Source of the DNA: Bacilli bacterium
GTDB taxonomy: Bacteria > Bacillota_I > Bacilli_A > RF39 > UBA660
Length of the DNA stretch: 64,000 nucleotides
Assembly: GCA_017625395.1 (NCBI GenBank)
Contig: JAGALD010000065.1
Span: 73,414 to 137,413, forward strand
Direction: 5' to 3'
Position numbers and translations under genes: made by a program. This document shows, piece after piece, positions 24,924 through 37,653 of this stretch. The stretch's first letter is position 1; the number at the start of each line of letters is the position of its first letter. Below the pieces are notes generated by a model. It saw nothing but the letters and a program-made list of their open reading frames with translations, was not told where the DNA came from and ran no database searches.

Positions 24924-27362
24924 TTATTCTTCTTCTATAATTTCTTCTTCTTTATATATTGTTGCAATTGTAGATACTTTTTGATTATTTTTTAGGTTTA
25001 TTAATCTTACCCCTTGTGTATTTCTACTTAATGTTGAAACTTGTTCAATTGAAATTCTTATTGTCATTCCATTATCAGTAATAATAATTAGATCTTCGTC
25101 ACCTTTTATTGTCTTTAATGAAACAATATTTCCATTTTTCTCTGTTACATTTAATGTTTTTACACCTTTACTTCCTCTATGAGTTAATCTATATTCATCT
25201 AAAGGTGTTTTTTTACCATATCCATTTTCTGTAACTACAAGTACTTCATCACTTTTTTCAACAACTTCTGCACCTACAACTAAATCTGATTCTTCAATTT
25301 CAATTCCTTTTACTCCTGAACTTCCTCTACTCATAACACGAACTTCATTTTCATTGAATCTTACTAATCTTCCATTACTTGCTCCAATTATTATTTCTTT
25401 TTCTCCATTTGATTTTCTTACGGAAATTAATTCATCATCTTCTTTCAAGATTATTGCTTTCTTTCCATTTGTTCTTATGTTATCAAATTCACACATTTCA
25501 GTTTTCTTAATTAATCCTCTTTTTGTTGAGAAAACTAAATATTTATCTTCCTCATTTTCTGCGCTTACCATTAATGTTGACGTTATTCTTTCACCTTTCT
25601 CTAATGGTAATAAATTAACAATTGGCAGTCCTTTTGACTGTCTGCTAAATTCTGGAATTTCGTAACCTTTCATTCTATAAACTTTACCTAAATTACTAAA
25701 CATCAATAAATAATCATGAGTTTTCATTGATACTAATTTTTCTGGGAAATCCTCTTCGTTTGTTGTCATTCCTTTTATACCTACTCCACCTCTATTTTGT
25801 GTCTTAAAGGTATCATTTGGAACTCTTTTTATATATCCTTTATTTGTTAATGCTATTAATATATTTTCCACAGGAATCAATGATTCATCTTCAATATAAT
25901 CTATTGCTGACATATCTATTGTAGTTCTTCTCTCATCTGCATATTTATCTTTAATTTCAAGCATTTCATTCTTAATGATTTCATTTATTCTTTCTTCACT
26001 TGCTAAAATTGCTTTTAATTCGCTTATTAATGCTAATGTTTCAGCTAAGTCTTGTTCTATTTTATCTCTTTCTAATCCTGTTAATCTACGTAATTTTAAT
26101 TCTAATATTGCATCTGTTTGAGCTTCACTAAGTCCGAAACTACTCATTAATTTTTCTTTTGCTATTTGATCTGTTTCAGCATTTCTGATTATTTTTATTA
26201 CTTCGTCTAAGTTATCTAAAGCTATTTTATATCCTTCTAATATATGTGCTCTTGCTTCTGCTTTTTTCAAATCAAATTCTGTTCTTCTTGTTATAACTTC
26301 TCTTTGATATTCTACATATTTACTTATAATTTCTTTTATATTTAATGTTTTTGGAACACCTTTGTCTAGCATTAGGAAAATAATTCCAAATGTTGATTGT
26401 AGAGGTGTATGTTTATATAAATTATTTAATACTACGTTAGGATTTGCTTCTTTCTTTAATGTAACGACTATTTTTACACCATTTTCTATATTTGTTTCTT
26501 CGTGATAATCTGCAATTCCTTCTAAAACTTTATCTCTTACAAGTTCTGCAATTCTATTTTTTAATTCTAATGTATTAATTCCATAAGGAATTTCTGTAAT
26601 TACTATTCTATGTTTGTTATTAGTTTCTTCTATATTTGCTTTACATCTTAATGTTATTGTTCCTCTACCTGTTTCATAAGCTTTCTTTATTCCGCTACTT
26701 CCAAGTATTATTGCTCCAGTAGGAAAATCTGGTCCTTTTATATAGTTCATTAATTCGAATGGTGTAATATCATTATTATCTATATATGCTATACATCCAT
26801 CTATTACTTCCCCTAAATTATGTGGAGGAATGTTTGTTGCCATACCTACAGCAATTCCCATTGTTCCATTTACTAAGATATTTGGAAATCTACTTGGTAT
26901 TACTTCTGGTTCTTTCTCTGTTTCATCAAAGTTTGATACAAAATTTACTGTATCTTTATTTAAATCCTTCAATAATTCCAAACTTATTTTTGATAATCTT
27001 GCTTCGGTATAACGCATTGCTGCTGCACCATCGCCGTCCATGTTACCAAAGTTTCCATGTCCATCTACCAGCATATAACGATAACTAAAATCTTGTGCCA
27101 TTCTTACCATTGCTTCGTAGATACTAGAGTCTCCATGTGGGTGATATTTACCCATTACATCTCCAACAATTCTTGCACATTTACGGTGTTGTTTATCTGG
27201 TGTGTACCCTGATTCATACATGGAATATAAAATTCTTCTATGTACTGGTTTTAATCCATCTCTTAAATCTGGCAATGCACGTGCTACTATAACACTCATT
27301 GAATATTCTAAGAAGGATGTTTGTACCTCTTTTACTATGTTATTTTGTTCTAATCTGTCCAT
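24924..27362 (-). CDS. gyrA: DNA gyrase subunit A
   Basis: It has DGLKPVHRR, the AAMRYTE active-site region (Tyr) and C-terminal beta-pinwheel repeats. Confidence 0.97.
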   Translation of the reverse strand: MDRLEQNNIVKEVQTSFLEYSMSVIVARALPDLRDGLKPVHRRILYSMYESGYTPDKQHRKCARIVGDVMGKYHPHGDSSIYEAMVRMAQDFSYRYMLVDGHGNFGNMDGDGAAAMRYTEARLSKISLELLKDLNKDTVNFVSNFDETEKEPEVIPSRFPNILVNGTMGIAVGMATNIPPHNLGEVIDGCIAYIDNNDITPFELMNYIKGPDFPTGAIILGSSGIKKAYETGRGTITLRCKANIEETNNKHRIVITEIPYGINTLELKNRIAELVRDKVLEGIADYHEETNIENGVKIVVTLKKEANPNVVLNNLYKHTPLQSTFGIIFLMLDKGVPKTLNIKEIISKYVEYQREVITRRTEFDLKKAEARAHILEGYKIALDNLDEVIKIIRNAETDQIAKEKLMSSFGLSEAQTDAILELKLRRLTGLERDKIEQDLAETLALISELKAILASEERINEIIKNEMLEIKDKYADERRTTIDMSAIDYIEDESLIPVENILIALTNKGYIKRVPNDTFKTQNRGGVGIKGMTTNEEDFPEKLVSMKTHDYLLMFSNLGKVYRMKGYEIPEFSRQSKGLPIVNLLPLEKGERITSTLMVSAENEEDKYLVFSTKRGLIKKTEMCEFDNIRTNGKKAIILKEDDELISVRKSNGEKEIIIGASNGRLVRFNENEVRVMSRGSSGVKGIEIEESDLVVGAEVVEKSDEVLVVTENGYGKKTPLDEYRLTHRGSKGVKTLNVTEKNGNIVSLKTIKGDEDLIIITDNGMTIRISIEQVSTLSRNTQGVRLINLKNNQKVSTIATIYKEEEIIEEE

Positions 27363-27371
27363 ATAAACCTC

Positions 27372-30408
<3,037 letters not shown>

Positions 30409-30517
30409 TAATTATCAAAAAAATGCTCATTTTTTCACCTTACCCCATTATTAGTAGTCCTATACATACGGTAATATTATATCATAAATTAAGCCTTAAA
30501 ACAAAGAAAAAAAGGAT

Positions 30518-30976
30518 TTATATCCTTTTTTTTGCATTTATTCTCTTTTTAATAATTGATTCTAGTCTTGTTGCTCTATAAATTTGGTTATCTAGTGAAA
30601 GTTTCGATGTTTCCACAAGAATTTCTTTATCATTATTAAATACTATTTTTGAATTTTTTCCACATTTTTCAACTTTTTTTATGCTGTTTAAATTTATCCA
30701 ACAGCAATCATCTAATAATGATGATTTAATAGGAAAGAATATTAAACAACTACTTTCTTCTACTAGTATTGGAAGTTTATAACTACATTCTAACATTGAT
30801 TTTGCAGCTTTAAGTCTTCCATTGTAACTACTTCCGTAATATTGACAACTTTCATCCATCACATTGTATGCATCATTATTTACTAGATATTCACATTCCT
30901 TTTCGATAATTCTAGTTTTTCCAACGTGTTCTGCTATTACAGCATATGTTTCATCATTAATTTCATAATTTTCCAT
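30518..30976 (-). CDS. comK: ComK-family competence transcription factor homologue
   Basis: YAVIAE...IIEKECEYLVNNDAYNVMDESCQYYGSSYNGR...YKLPILVEESSCLIFFPIKS...CCWINLNSIKK...NQIYRATRLES aligns along its length with remembered B. subtilis ComK (IIEKDCVFYVN...DRSCRFFGSSYAGR...KPPIMVD...FLFPTLS...CGWIS...NQVYRTAWL). Confidence 0.7.
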   Translation of the reverse strand: MENYEINDETYAVIAEHVGKTRIIEKECEYLVNNDAYNVMDESCQYYGSSYNGRLKAAKSMLECSYKLPILVEESSCLIFFPIKSSLLDDCCWINLNSIKKVEKCGKNSKIVFNNDKEILVETSKLSLDNQIYRATRLESIIKKRINAKKRI

Positions 30977-31066
30977 AAAATAATATCCCCCTTTTGAAAA
31001 TTATATGGGTAATATTATCATTAATTTTTATCGAAATTTGTCTAATTTTGTTTGGAATTGTTATTT

Positions 31067-32197
31067 TTAGTATGTTCTTATTGGTACAACTAGTTGAATT
31101 AGACCATCTTCTTTTTTATTTTTTATAGTTATAGGTTTAACTTCTCCTACAAAAGATAGTTCTATTTCTTCTGTATTTAGTGCATTTAATGCTTCCATCA
31201 TATATTTTGCGCTAAATGCTATTGTGATATCTTCATTATTATCTTTTTTAACAGTCATTTTCATTTCTGCTTTTCCTTTTTCATTAGCCACTGATCTAAC
31301 TGTTAATAAATCTCCATTTGTTGATAGAGATACTATATTTTTTTCTTTATCTGTTGTTAAAATACTTGCTTGCCCTATTACATTATATAATTGAGAAAGA
31401 TTTGCTGTAATTTTTAATATAGAATCTTCTGGTATAAGTTTTGAAGTATTTGGATAATTTCCACTTATTAACCTTGATTGAAATAGTAAATTATCTTGTT
31501 CAAAAAGTATTTTATTATTAAATATATGTAATTTAATATCACTCTTCTTTTCATCAATTATTCTGCTAAATTCTACTAAATTTTTACCTGGAATAATTAT
31601 ATTATAAATTTCTTCAACTGGTTTATTAAGTCTTAATTCTTTTTTAGCTAATCTATATGAATCTGTTGCACTACATTCTAAAATATCTCCATTTATTTTA
31701 AAACTTATACCTGTTAATACTGCACGTGATTCATCTGTTGATGTTGCAAATGCTGTTTCTTTAACAATATTTAATAAGTCTTCTGAATTAATAACAACAT
31801 GATTTTCATTTTTTTCAAGATCTACATTCGGATAATCATTTTTATTAATAACATTTAAGTCATATTTAATTTTTTCATCATCTGTATAAATTAAAACTTT
31901 GGATTCATCTATAACTTCTATATTTATTTCTTCTTCAGGAATAATTCTTACGATATCAAGAATATCTTTTCCTTGTATTATGATAACTCCTTCTTCATCA
32001 ATATTCATATTTTCATCATTAATGATTATTGTTTTTTGAATAGTAATATCATTATTAGATGCTGTTAGTGTTAATCCTTCCTTTGTTAAGTCAAATTTTA
32101 TTCCTGCTAATGTTGGAATTAAATTTTTTGTTGATATTGCTTTCGATACTTTGTTTAGATTGTCTAGTAATAAGTCTCTTTTAATTTTTAATTTCAT
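31067..32197 (-). CDS. dnaN: DNA polymerase III beta sliding clamp
   Basis: It is 376 aa with a three-domain clamp pattern, sits directly downstream of dnaA, and ends LVVPIRTY. Confidence 0.95.
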   Translation of the reverse strand: MKLKIKRDLLLDNLNKVSKAISTKNLIPTLAGIKFDLTKEGLTLTASNNDITIQKTIIINDENMNIDEEGVIIIQGKDILDIVRIIPEEEINIEVIDESKVLIYTDDEKIKYDLNVINKNDYPNVDLEKNENHVVINSEDLLNIVKETAFATSTDESRAVLTGISFKINGDILECSATDSYRLAKKELRLNKPVEEIYNIIIPGKNLVEFSRIIDEKKSDIKLHIFNNKILFEQDNLLFQSRLISGNYPNTSKLIPEDSILKITANLSQLYNVIGQASILTTDKEKNIVSLSTNGDLLTVRSVANEKGKAEMKMTVKKDNNEDITIAFSAKYMMEALNALNTEEIELSFVGEVKPITIKNKKEDGLIQLVVPIRTY

Positions 32198-32240
32198 ATG
32201 TTTATTCTCTCTTTCTTTTTTAAGTTTTTTATATTATTAG

Positions 32241-32311
32241 TGTGGAAATTGTTAATAAGTCACTTTTTCCTTGATTTTTCAATATTTTTATCAACTGTTT
32301 CTTGTGGATAA
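32241..32311. other. oriC: oriC, dnaA-dnaN intergenic part: DnaA boxes and an AT-rich candidate unwinding region
   Basis: A perfect DnaA box, TGTGGATAA (TTATCCACA on the minus strand), lies at 32303-32311, and a relaxed box, TGTGGAAAT, at 32241-32249. The spacer between them is very AT-rich. Confidence 0.6.
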
Positions 32312-32327
32312 CTTGTTAATTTAATTG

Positions 32328-33689
32328 TTAATTATGTATATCTTTTTCTAATTTATCAATAATTTCTGCAAAGTTTTTGTTATTTTTTATCTCCTGTTCT
32401 ATTTTTTCATAGGAATGTATTACAGTAGTATGATCTTTTCCTCCAAATTCCATTCCTATTTTTGGATATGATTCATCAGTTAGTTTTCTACAAAGGTACA
32501 TTGCAATTTGTCTAGGAAATGCAATATCTGCATGTCTTTTTTTAGATTTTAAATCTTCAATTGATACTTTAAAGTAATCTGCGACTATTTTTTGAATTCT
32601 ACTAACATCATTTTTTTCACTATATCCTGCATTTACATAGTCCTTTAATGCTTCAATTGCAAGTGGTAGGTCTATTTCTGCACACATCATTGTTGAATAT
32701 GCCATTAATCTGTTAACGCTACCTTCTAGTTGTCTTATGTCTGTTCCTATGTTTGAAGCCATATATTCTATTACTTGTTCTGGAATTTCTGCATTTAGTG
32801 ACTCCCCTATTATCCTTTTCTTTAATATTGCTATTTTTAATTCAAAGTCTGGGGGGTATATATTTACAGGTAATCCCCAACTAAATCTTGTTCTTAAACG
32901 ATCTTCGAAGACTTTTAAGTCGTTTGGAGATCTATCGGATGATATTATAATTTGTTTGTTTTCTCCATATAAATTGTTGAATGTATGGAAAAATTCTTTT
33001 TGCGACTCTGTTGCTCCTGCTAAAAATTGAATATCATCTATTATAAGAACATCTATATTTCTATATTTTTGTTTGAAAAAATCGATATATTCAAAATTAT
33101 TTTTATTTTCTTGTTTTTTTGTTATTTCTACAAATTCTGCAACGAATGTTTCACTTGTTACATATAAAACTTTCTTTTTACTGTTTTTTTCGATATAGTT
33201 TCCAATAGCGTGCATTAAATGGGTTTTTCCTAATCCACTATTTCCATATATAAATAAAGGATTATATGTTTCTCCAGGCTTTTCTGCTACTGCTAATGCT
33301 GCAGCTTGTGCAAATCTGTTACTATTTCCGACAATAAATGTATCAAAGGTATACTTTTTATTCAAATTAGATTCAAATGTATTTTTATCATATATATTTT
33401 CTTCTATTATGTTTTTATTTTCTTCTTCAGTTTCGTTAATTAATTCTTCTTGTATTAAGAATTCAAGTTCAACTGTTTCCCCTATTTCTTCAATAAAACA
33501 CGATGTTATTAGTTTTTTATAGTGATTTGCTAAATGATCTTTGTGTAATGCATAAGGTACTAATATTTTAGCAATTCCTTTATTTAATTCATATAATTTT
33601 GTTTCTTCAAACCAGGTTTGATATGATAATGAGTTTATTTCATTTTTAATTTTTTCTAAAATTTTGGACCACAAAAGTGTATTATCCAT
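32328..33689 (-). CDS. dnaA: Chromosomal replication initiator DnaA
   Basis: It has the AAA+ Walker A GNSGLGKTHL, the segment LIIDDIQF, and the C-terminal DNA-binding signature (FGGKDHTTVIHSYEKI). Confidence 0.97.
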   Translation of the reverse strand: MDNTLLWSKILEKIKNEINSLSYQTWFEETKLYELNKGIAKILVPYALHKDHLANHYKKLITSCFIEEIGETVELEFLIQEELINETEEENKNIIEENIYDKNTFESNLNKKYTFDTFIVGNSNRFAQAAALAVAEKPGETYNPLFIYGNSGLGKTHLMHAIGNYIEKNSKKKVLYVTSETFVAEFVEITKKQENKNNFEYIDFFKQKYRNIDVLIIDDIQFLAGATESQKEFFHTFNNLYGENKQIIISSDRSPNDLKVFEDRLRTRFSWGLPVNIYPPDFELKIAILKKRIIGESLNAEIPEQVIEYMASNIGTDIRQLEGSVNRLMAYSTMMCAEIDLPLAIEALKDYVNAGYSEKNDVSRIQKIVADYFKVSIEDLKSKKRHADIAFPRQIAMYLCRKLTDESYPKIGMEFGGKDHTTVIHSYEKIEQEIKNNKNFAEIIDKLEKDIHN

Positions 33690-33738
33690 TTCATTATCAC
33701 CCCCTGTGACGTAAATCTATAAGATATTTTAACTTAAA

Positions 33739-33965
33739 TGTGGAAAAAAGAAAAGATAAAAATATTAAAAAAAAATATCCACAAGATATCCACAAAGTTT
33801 TCCATAGATAATAACTTTATTTGTAAAGGAAAAAATAAGTTATCCACATTATCCACAATTTTTTATTAACATGGTATTTTATAGTTATTAACACCCCTGT
33901 GAATTCTGTTAATAAGTACTTAATTTAATGTAGATTTTTTAAATAATTCACAAAATTGTGAATAA
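33739..33965. other. oriC: oriC, dnaA-upstream DnaA-box cluster
   Basis: Boxes found are ATATCCACA at 33775-33783 and 33786-33794, abutting perfect TTATCCACA at 33840-33848 and 33849-33857, TGTGGAAAA at 33739-33747, and TGTGAATAA at 33957-33965. Confidence 0.8.
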
Positions 33966-34001
33966 TATTGTTAACTTTTTATTTTTATGTTATGATTTTA
34001 A

Positions 34002-34031
34002 TTGACAAATTGTTCTTTTTATTATTATAAT
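34002..34031 (+). promoter_or_regulatory. Sigma-A-type promoter of rpmH
   Basis: TTGACA (34002-34007), 18-nt spacer, TATAAT (34026-34031). Confidence 0.55.
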
Positions 34032-34060
34032 AATGGAGATTTTAGTTTGGAGGTGGAATT

Positions 34061-34180
34061 GTGAAAAGAACTTATCAACCAAATAATAGAAAAAAAGCTA
34101 AAAAGCATGGTTTCTTTGCTCGTATTAAAACAAAAGTTTTAAATAAAAGAAGAAGTAAAGGTCGTAAGAAATTAGTATAA
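34061..34180 (+). CDS. rpmH: 50S ribosomal protein L34 (GTG start; not in the ORF track)
   Basis: Hand translation gives [47 protein letters not shown] lies upstream. The position upstream of rnpA is the classic arrangement. Confidence 0.9.
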   Translation: MKRTYQPNNRKKAKKHGFFARIKTKVLNKRRSKGRKKLV

Positions 34181-34186
34181 AGAATT

Positions 34187-34210
34187 CCACTGTAATCCAG
34201 TGGCTTTTTT
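34187..34210 (+). terminator. Rho-independent terminator/attenuator after rpmH
   Basis: Stem CCACTG/CAGTGG, followed by CTTTTTT. Confidence 0.7.
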
Positions 34211-34235
34211 GTTATAATGTATTTGAGGTGTACTT

Positions 34236-34577
34236 ATGAACAAATATCATACTGTTAAGAAAAATGTAGAATTTTCCAAAATTATTGGGAAAGGGCTTTT
34301 TTTTAAGAATAGAAGCTTTGTTATTTATTTTGATAAAAATGACCTTAATAAATATAGATTTGGTATATCAGTTAGTAAAAAATTAGGAAATGCTGTTTAT
34401 AGAAATAAGTATAAAAGGCAACTTCGTTCTATAATAGACAAATACAAAAAAAACTACCAAAATGATATTGATTATATTATAATAATAAGGAATAGTTATA
34501 TTAATTTAAATTTTGAAGAAAAAGAAAAAGATTTTTTATATCTATTAAATAAAATTAATAATTTTTACAATAAATGA
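34236..34577 (+). CDS. rnpA: RNase P protein component
   Basis: It has KKLGNAVYRNKYKRQLR (RNR motif) and follows rpmH. Confidence 0.9.
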   Translation: MNKYHTVKKNVEFSKIIGKGLFFKNRSFVIYFDKNDLNKYRFGISVSKKLGNAVYRNKYKRQLRSIIDKYKKNYQNDIDYIIIIRNSYINLNFEEKEKDFLYLLNKINNFYNK

Positions 34578-34592
34578 TAAAGGAGACTTCAA

Positions 34593-35510
34593 ATGAAGAA
34601 AAAAAATAAGAATAAATTGATTATATTGCTTTTGCTAGTAATGTTTGTAACTGTTGGTTGTACTACACAATTAACGGATAAAGATGGTAAAAAAGTAAAA
34701 AATCCAACAACAGGGCAAGAACTTACTGAAAATATTTTATGTAGGCCAACCGATGAAGAAACTATTGATATTTATATAAATAATGGAGTTAATTTAGAAG
34801 AGTTACCTACTTGTAAAGATTTTAATGTTACTAGTGGTGGATATGATGGTCTTTGGACAAGTTTATTTGTAAAACCACTTGCTTGGCTTATTCTTACAAT
34901 AGGGGAATTTGTTAAAAGTAATGGTTTAGCACTTATAATTGCAAGTTTACTTATTAGATTAGTAGCATATCCAATTACTAAGAAAACTGCTATGCAATCA
35001 GAGCTTATGAAAAAAGCAAAGCCAGAGTTAGATAGATTAGAAAAGAAATATGAAAATAAAACTGATAATGATTCAATGATGAGAAAATCACAAGAAATGA
35101 TGATGATTTATAAGAAATATAATATAAATCCTGTTTCTGGATGTTTATTTGCATTTATTCAGTTACCTTTGTTTATTGCATTTTTTGAAGCAATAAATAG
35201 AGTACCAGCAATATTCGAAGAAAATTTTGTTGGGTTCCAATTAGGTACAACTCCTTTAACTGGTATATCTAATGGTTCATATATTTATATAATTTTAACT
35301 GTTATAGTTGGATTATCTACATTTTTCTCACTTAAATTTAATTCAGCATCAAATCCAGATAATCAACAAGTAAAAACAATGAATAAGGTAATGTTTTTTA
35401 TGATTTTGATTATGTCACTGTTTATGTCTTCAGCTCTTAACATATATTGGGTAACAACTAATTTATTTACAGTGGTTCAAAATTTATTAGTAAAAAGAGA
35501 GAAGGTATAA
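34593..35510 (+). CDS. yidC: Membrane protein insertase YidC/SpoIIIJ-type lipoprotein
   Basis: It has a lipobox (VTVGC) and a YidC/Oxa1 core (PITKKTAMQSELMKKAKPELDRLEKKY, NPVSGCLFAFIQLPLFIAFF). Confidence 0.9.
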   Translation: MKKKNKNKLIILLLLVMFVTVGCTTQLTDKDGKKVKNPTTGQELTENILCRPTDEETIDIYINNGVNLEELPTCKDFNVTSGGYDGLWTSLFVKPLAWLILTIGEFVKSNGLALIIASLLIRLVAYPITKKTAMQSELMKKAKPELDRLEKKYENKTDNDSMMRKSQEMMMIYKKYNINPVSGCLFAFIQLPLFIAFFEAINRVPAIFEENFVGFQLGTTPLTGISNGSYIYIILTVIVGLSTFFSLKFNSASNPDNQQVKTMNKVMFFMILIMSLFMSSALNIYWVTTNLFTVVQNLLVKREKV

Positions 35511-35511
35511 T

Positions 35512-36123
35512 ATGAAGAAGTACACATTTATAGGTAAAACAGAGGAAGAAGCATTAAATCTTGCTTATGATGAGTTATCAGTAACGAAGGATGAGATTTT
35601 TTATAAATCAACTGAACAAAAAGGTGGTTTGTTTAAAGCAAAAAAAATTGAAATAGAAGTTATCAAAAAGTCTGACGTTAATGATTTTATTAAAGAATAT
35701 ATATTAAAACTTACTACTGATATGGGATTTGATGTAAAGTTAGAGACTAAGAATAGAGAAGATGGTTTGTATATTACTCTTTATAGCGATAATAATAATT
35801 TGTTAATTGGAAAAGATGGGAAAAATATGACTGCTTTAAGTGTTATTGCTAGACAAGCTGTTCATAATGAACTTGGTTTTTTCTATAAGTTTAATTTAGA
35901 TGTAGGTGAATATAAATTAAAACAACAAAAAAATATTGAAAGAATGGCTATTAGAGTTGCAAAAGATGTTGCAAAGTCTCATGTAGAAGCAAAACTTGAT
36001 CCTATGAATTCTTATGAAAGAAGATTGGTACATAATGTATTAACTGATTGGAAAGATGTTTATACAGAAAGTACTGGTGAAGAGCCAAATAGATGTGTGG
36101 TTATTAAGCCAAGAGAAGAATAA
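35512..36123 (+). CDS. jag: Jag/KhpB RNA-binding protein (Jag_N, KH, R3H)
   Basis: It has a KH-like segment (LIGKDGKNMTALSVIARQ) and the R3H motif (SYERRLVHNVL). It follows yidC. Confidence 0.85.
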   Translation: MKKYTFIGKTEEEALNLAYDELSVTKDEIFYKSTEQKGGLFKAKKIEIEVIKKSDVNDFIKEYILKLTTDMGFDVKLETKNREDGLYITLYSDNNNLLIGKDGKNMTALSVIARQAVHNELGFFYKFNLDVGEYKLKQQKNIERMAIRVAKDVAKSHVEAKLDPMNSYERRLVHNVLTDWKDVYTESTGEEPNRCVVIKPREE

Positions 36124-36205
36124 ATAAAATGACCTGTGTGTCATTTTTTTCTTATATTGATATTAATTTTTAATAGTTATAAAATAATTGTATTGGAGGT
36201 AGTTT

Positions 36206-37561
36206 ATGAATGATGTAATTGTTGCAATATCTACTGCGTTAGGAAAAGGTGCTATTTCTATTGTAAGACTTAGTGGTGAAGGAGCTATTGAACTTGTTAA
36301 TTCTTGTTTTAAGGGTAAAGATTTGACTACTGTTAATAGTCATACAATTAATTATGGATATATTGTTAATGATGAAATGGTTATAGATGAGGTTTTAGTT
36401 TCTATTATGAAAGCTCCAAAAACCTATACTAAAGAGGACGTTGTTGAAATAAATTGTCATGGTGGTATAGCATCTACTAATAAAATTTTAGAAACTATGG
36501 TGTTAAAGGGAGCAAGATTAGCGGAACCTGGTGAATTTACAAAACGTGCTTTTTTAAATGGAAGAATTGATTTGGTTAAAGCTGAAGCTGTAATGGATTT
36601 AATCAATTCGAAGACAGAAAAGGCTAGAGTAGTATCCATTAATCAATTAGAAGGAAGACTTACTGGAATTATTAGAAAATTTCGTCAAGAATTGTTGGAA
36701 TTGCTTGCAAATGTTGAAGTAAATATTGATTATCCAGAATATGAAGATATTGAGGTTGTTACTATTGATAATATAAAGAATAAAGTTAGTAATATGAAAA
36801 AAAGTCTTATTGAAATAATTAATGAATCAGAATCAAGAAAAATTATTAAAGATGGTATAAATGTTGCTATTGTAGGAAGACCTAATGTTGGTAAAAGTAG
36901 CATTTTGAATAGATTATTAGGAGAAAACAAAGCTATTGTTACAGATATTGCTGGTACTACTCGTGATATTGTAGAAGGAAGCATTACTATTAATGGTATA
37001 GCACTTAATTTTATTGATACAGCAGGTATTAGAGAAACTGATGATGTTGTTGAGAAATTTGGTGTTGAACGTAGTATAGAAGAAATTAAAAAAGCAGATT
37101 TAGTAATACTTGTTTTAAACAATAATGAAGAAATTAATAATGATGATATAGAATTGATAAATAAAATAAATGATAAAAAATATCTTGTTGTTGTTAATAA
37201 AAAAGATTTAGATAAAAAACTATCATTAGATGGTTTTGCTTTAAAAAATATTATATATACGGATACTGTTAGTACCGATGGTATTGTTTCATTAAAAGAA
37301 AAAATAGTTGAATTATTTAATTTAGATGAAATAGAACAAAATGATTATGAAATTTTTACTAATACAAGACAAATTACTTTAGCTAAAGAGTCTTTAGATA
37401 TTCTTAAAGATGTTGAAATTGGTATTGAAAATGATGTTCCAGTTGATATGGTTGCGATAGATATTAAAAGAATTTGGACTAAACTAGGGGAGATTCTTGG
37501 TGAAAATTATAGTGAAGAATTAATTGATCAATTATTTAGTCAGTTTTGTTTGGGTAAATAG
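36206..37561 (+). CDS. mnmE: tRNA modification GTPase MnmE
   Basis: It has the G1 motif GRPNVGKSS, the DTAGIR segment, and the C-terminal FCLGK. Confidence 0.95.
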   Translation: MNDVIVAISTALGKGAISIVRLSGEGAIELVNSCFKGKDLTTVNSHTINYGYIVNDEMVIDEVLVSIMKAPKTYTKEDVVEINCHGGIASTNKILETMVLKGARLAEPGEFTKRAFLNGRIDLVKAEAVMDLINSKTEKARVVSINQLEGRLTGIIRKFRQELLELLANVEVNIDYPEYEDIEVVTIDNIKNKVSNMKKSLIEIINESESRKIIKDGINVAIVGRPNVGKSSILNRLLGENKAIVTDIAGTTRDIVEGSITINGIALNFIDTAGIRETDDVVEKFGVERSIEEIKKADLVILVLNNNEEINNDDIELINKINDKKYLVVVNKKDLDKKLSLDGFALKNIIYTDTVSTDGIVSLKEKIVELFNLDEIEQNDYEIFTNTRQITLAKESLDILKDVEIGIENDVPVDMVAIDIKRIWTKLGEILGENYSEELIDQLFSQFCLGK

Positions 37562-37574
37562 TTATTTTATATAG

Positions 37575-37608
37575 GAGCAAAAACGTTTGTAATTTGCTCT
37601 TTTTTTTT
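37575..37608 (+). terminator. Rho-independent terminator after mnmE
   Basis: Stem GAGCAAA/TTTGCTC, followed by T9. Confidence 0.75.
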
Positions 37609-37653
37609 GTTATGATTTATTGTATAATACAGTAGATTTATGGAAGTGATATT

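Noticed and set aside
30977-31066. ComK-box (A4-N5-T4 pairs) autoregulatory site upstream of the comK-like gene
   Set aside because: A/T runs are everywhere in this DNA. I could not find a convincing pair of properly phased boxes.
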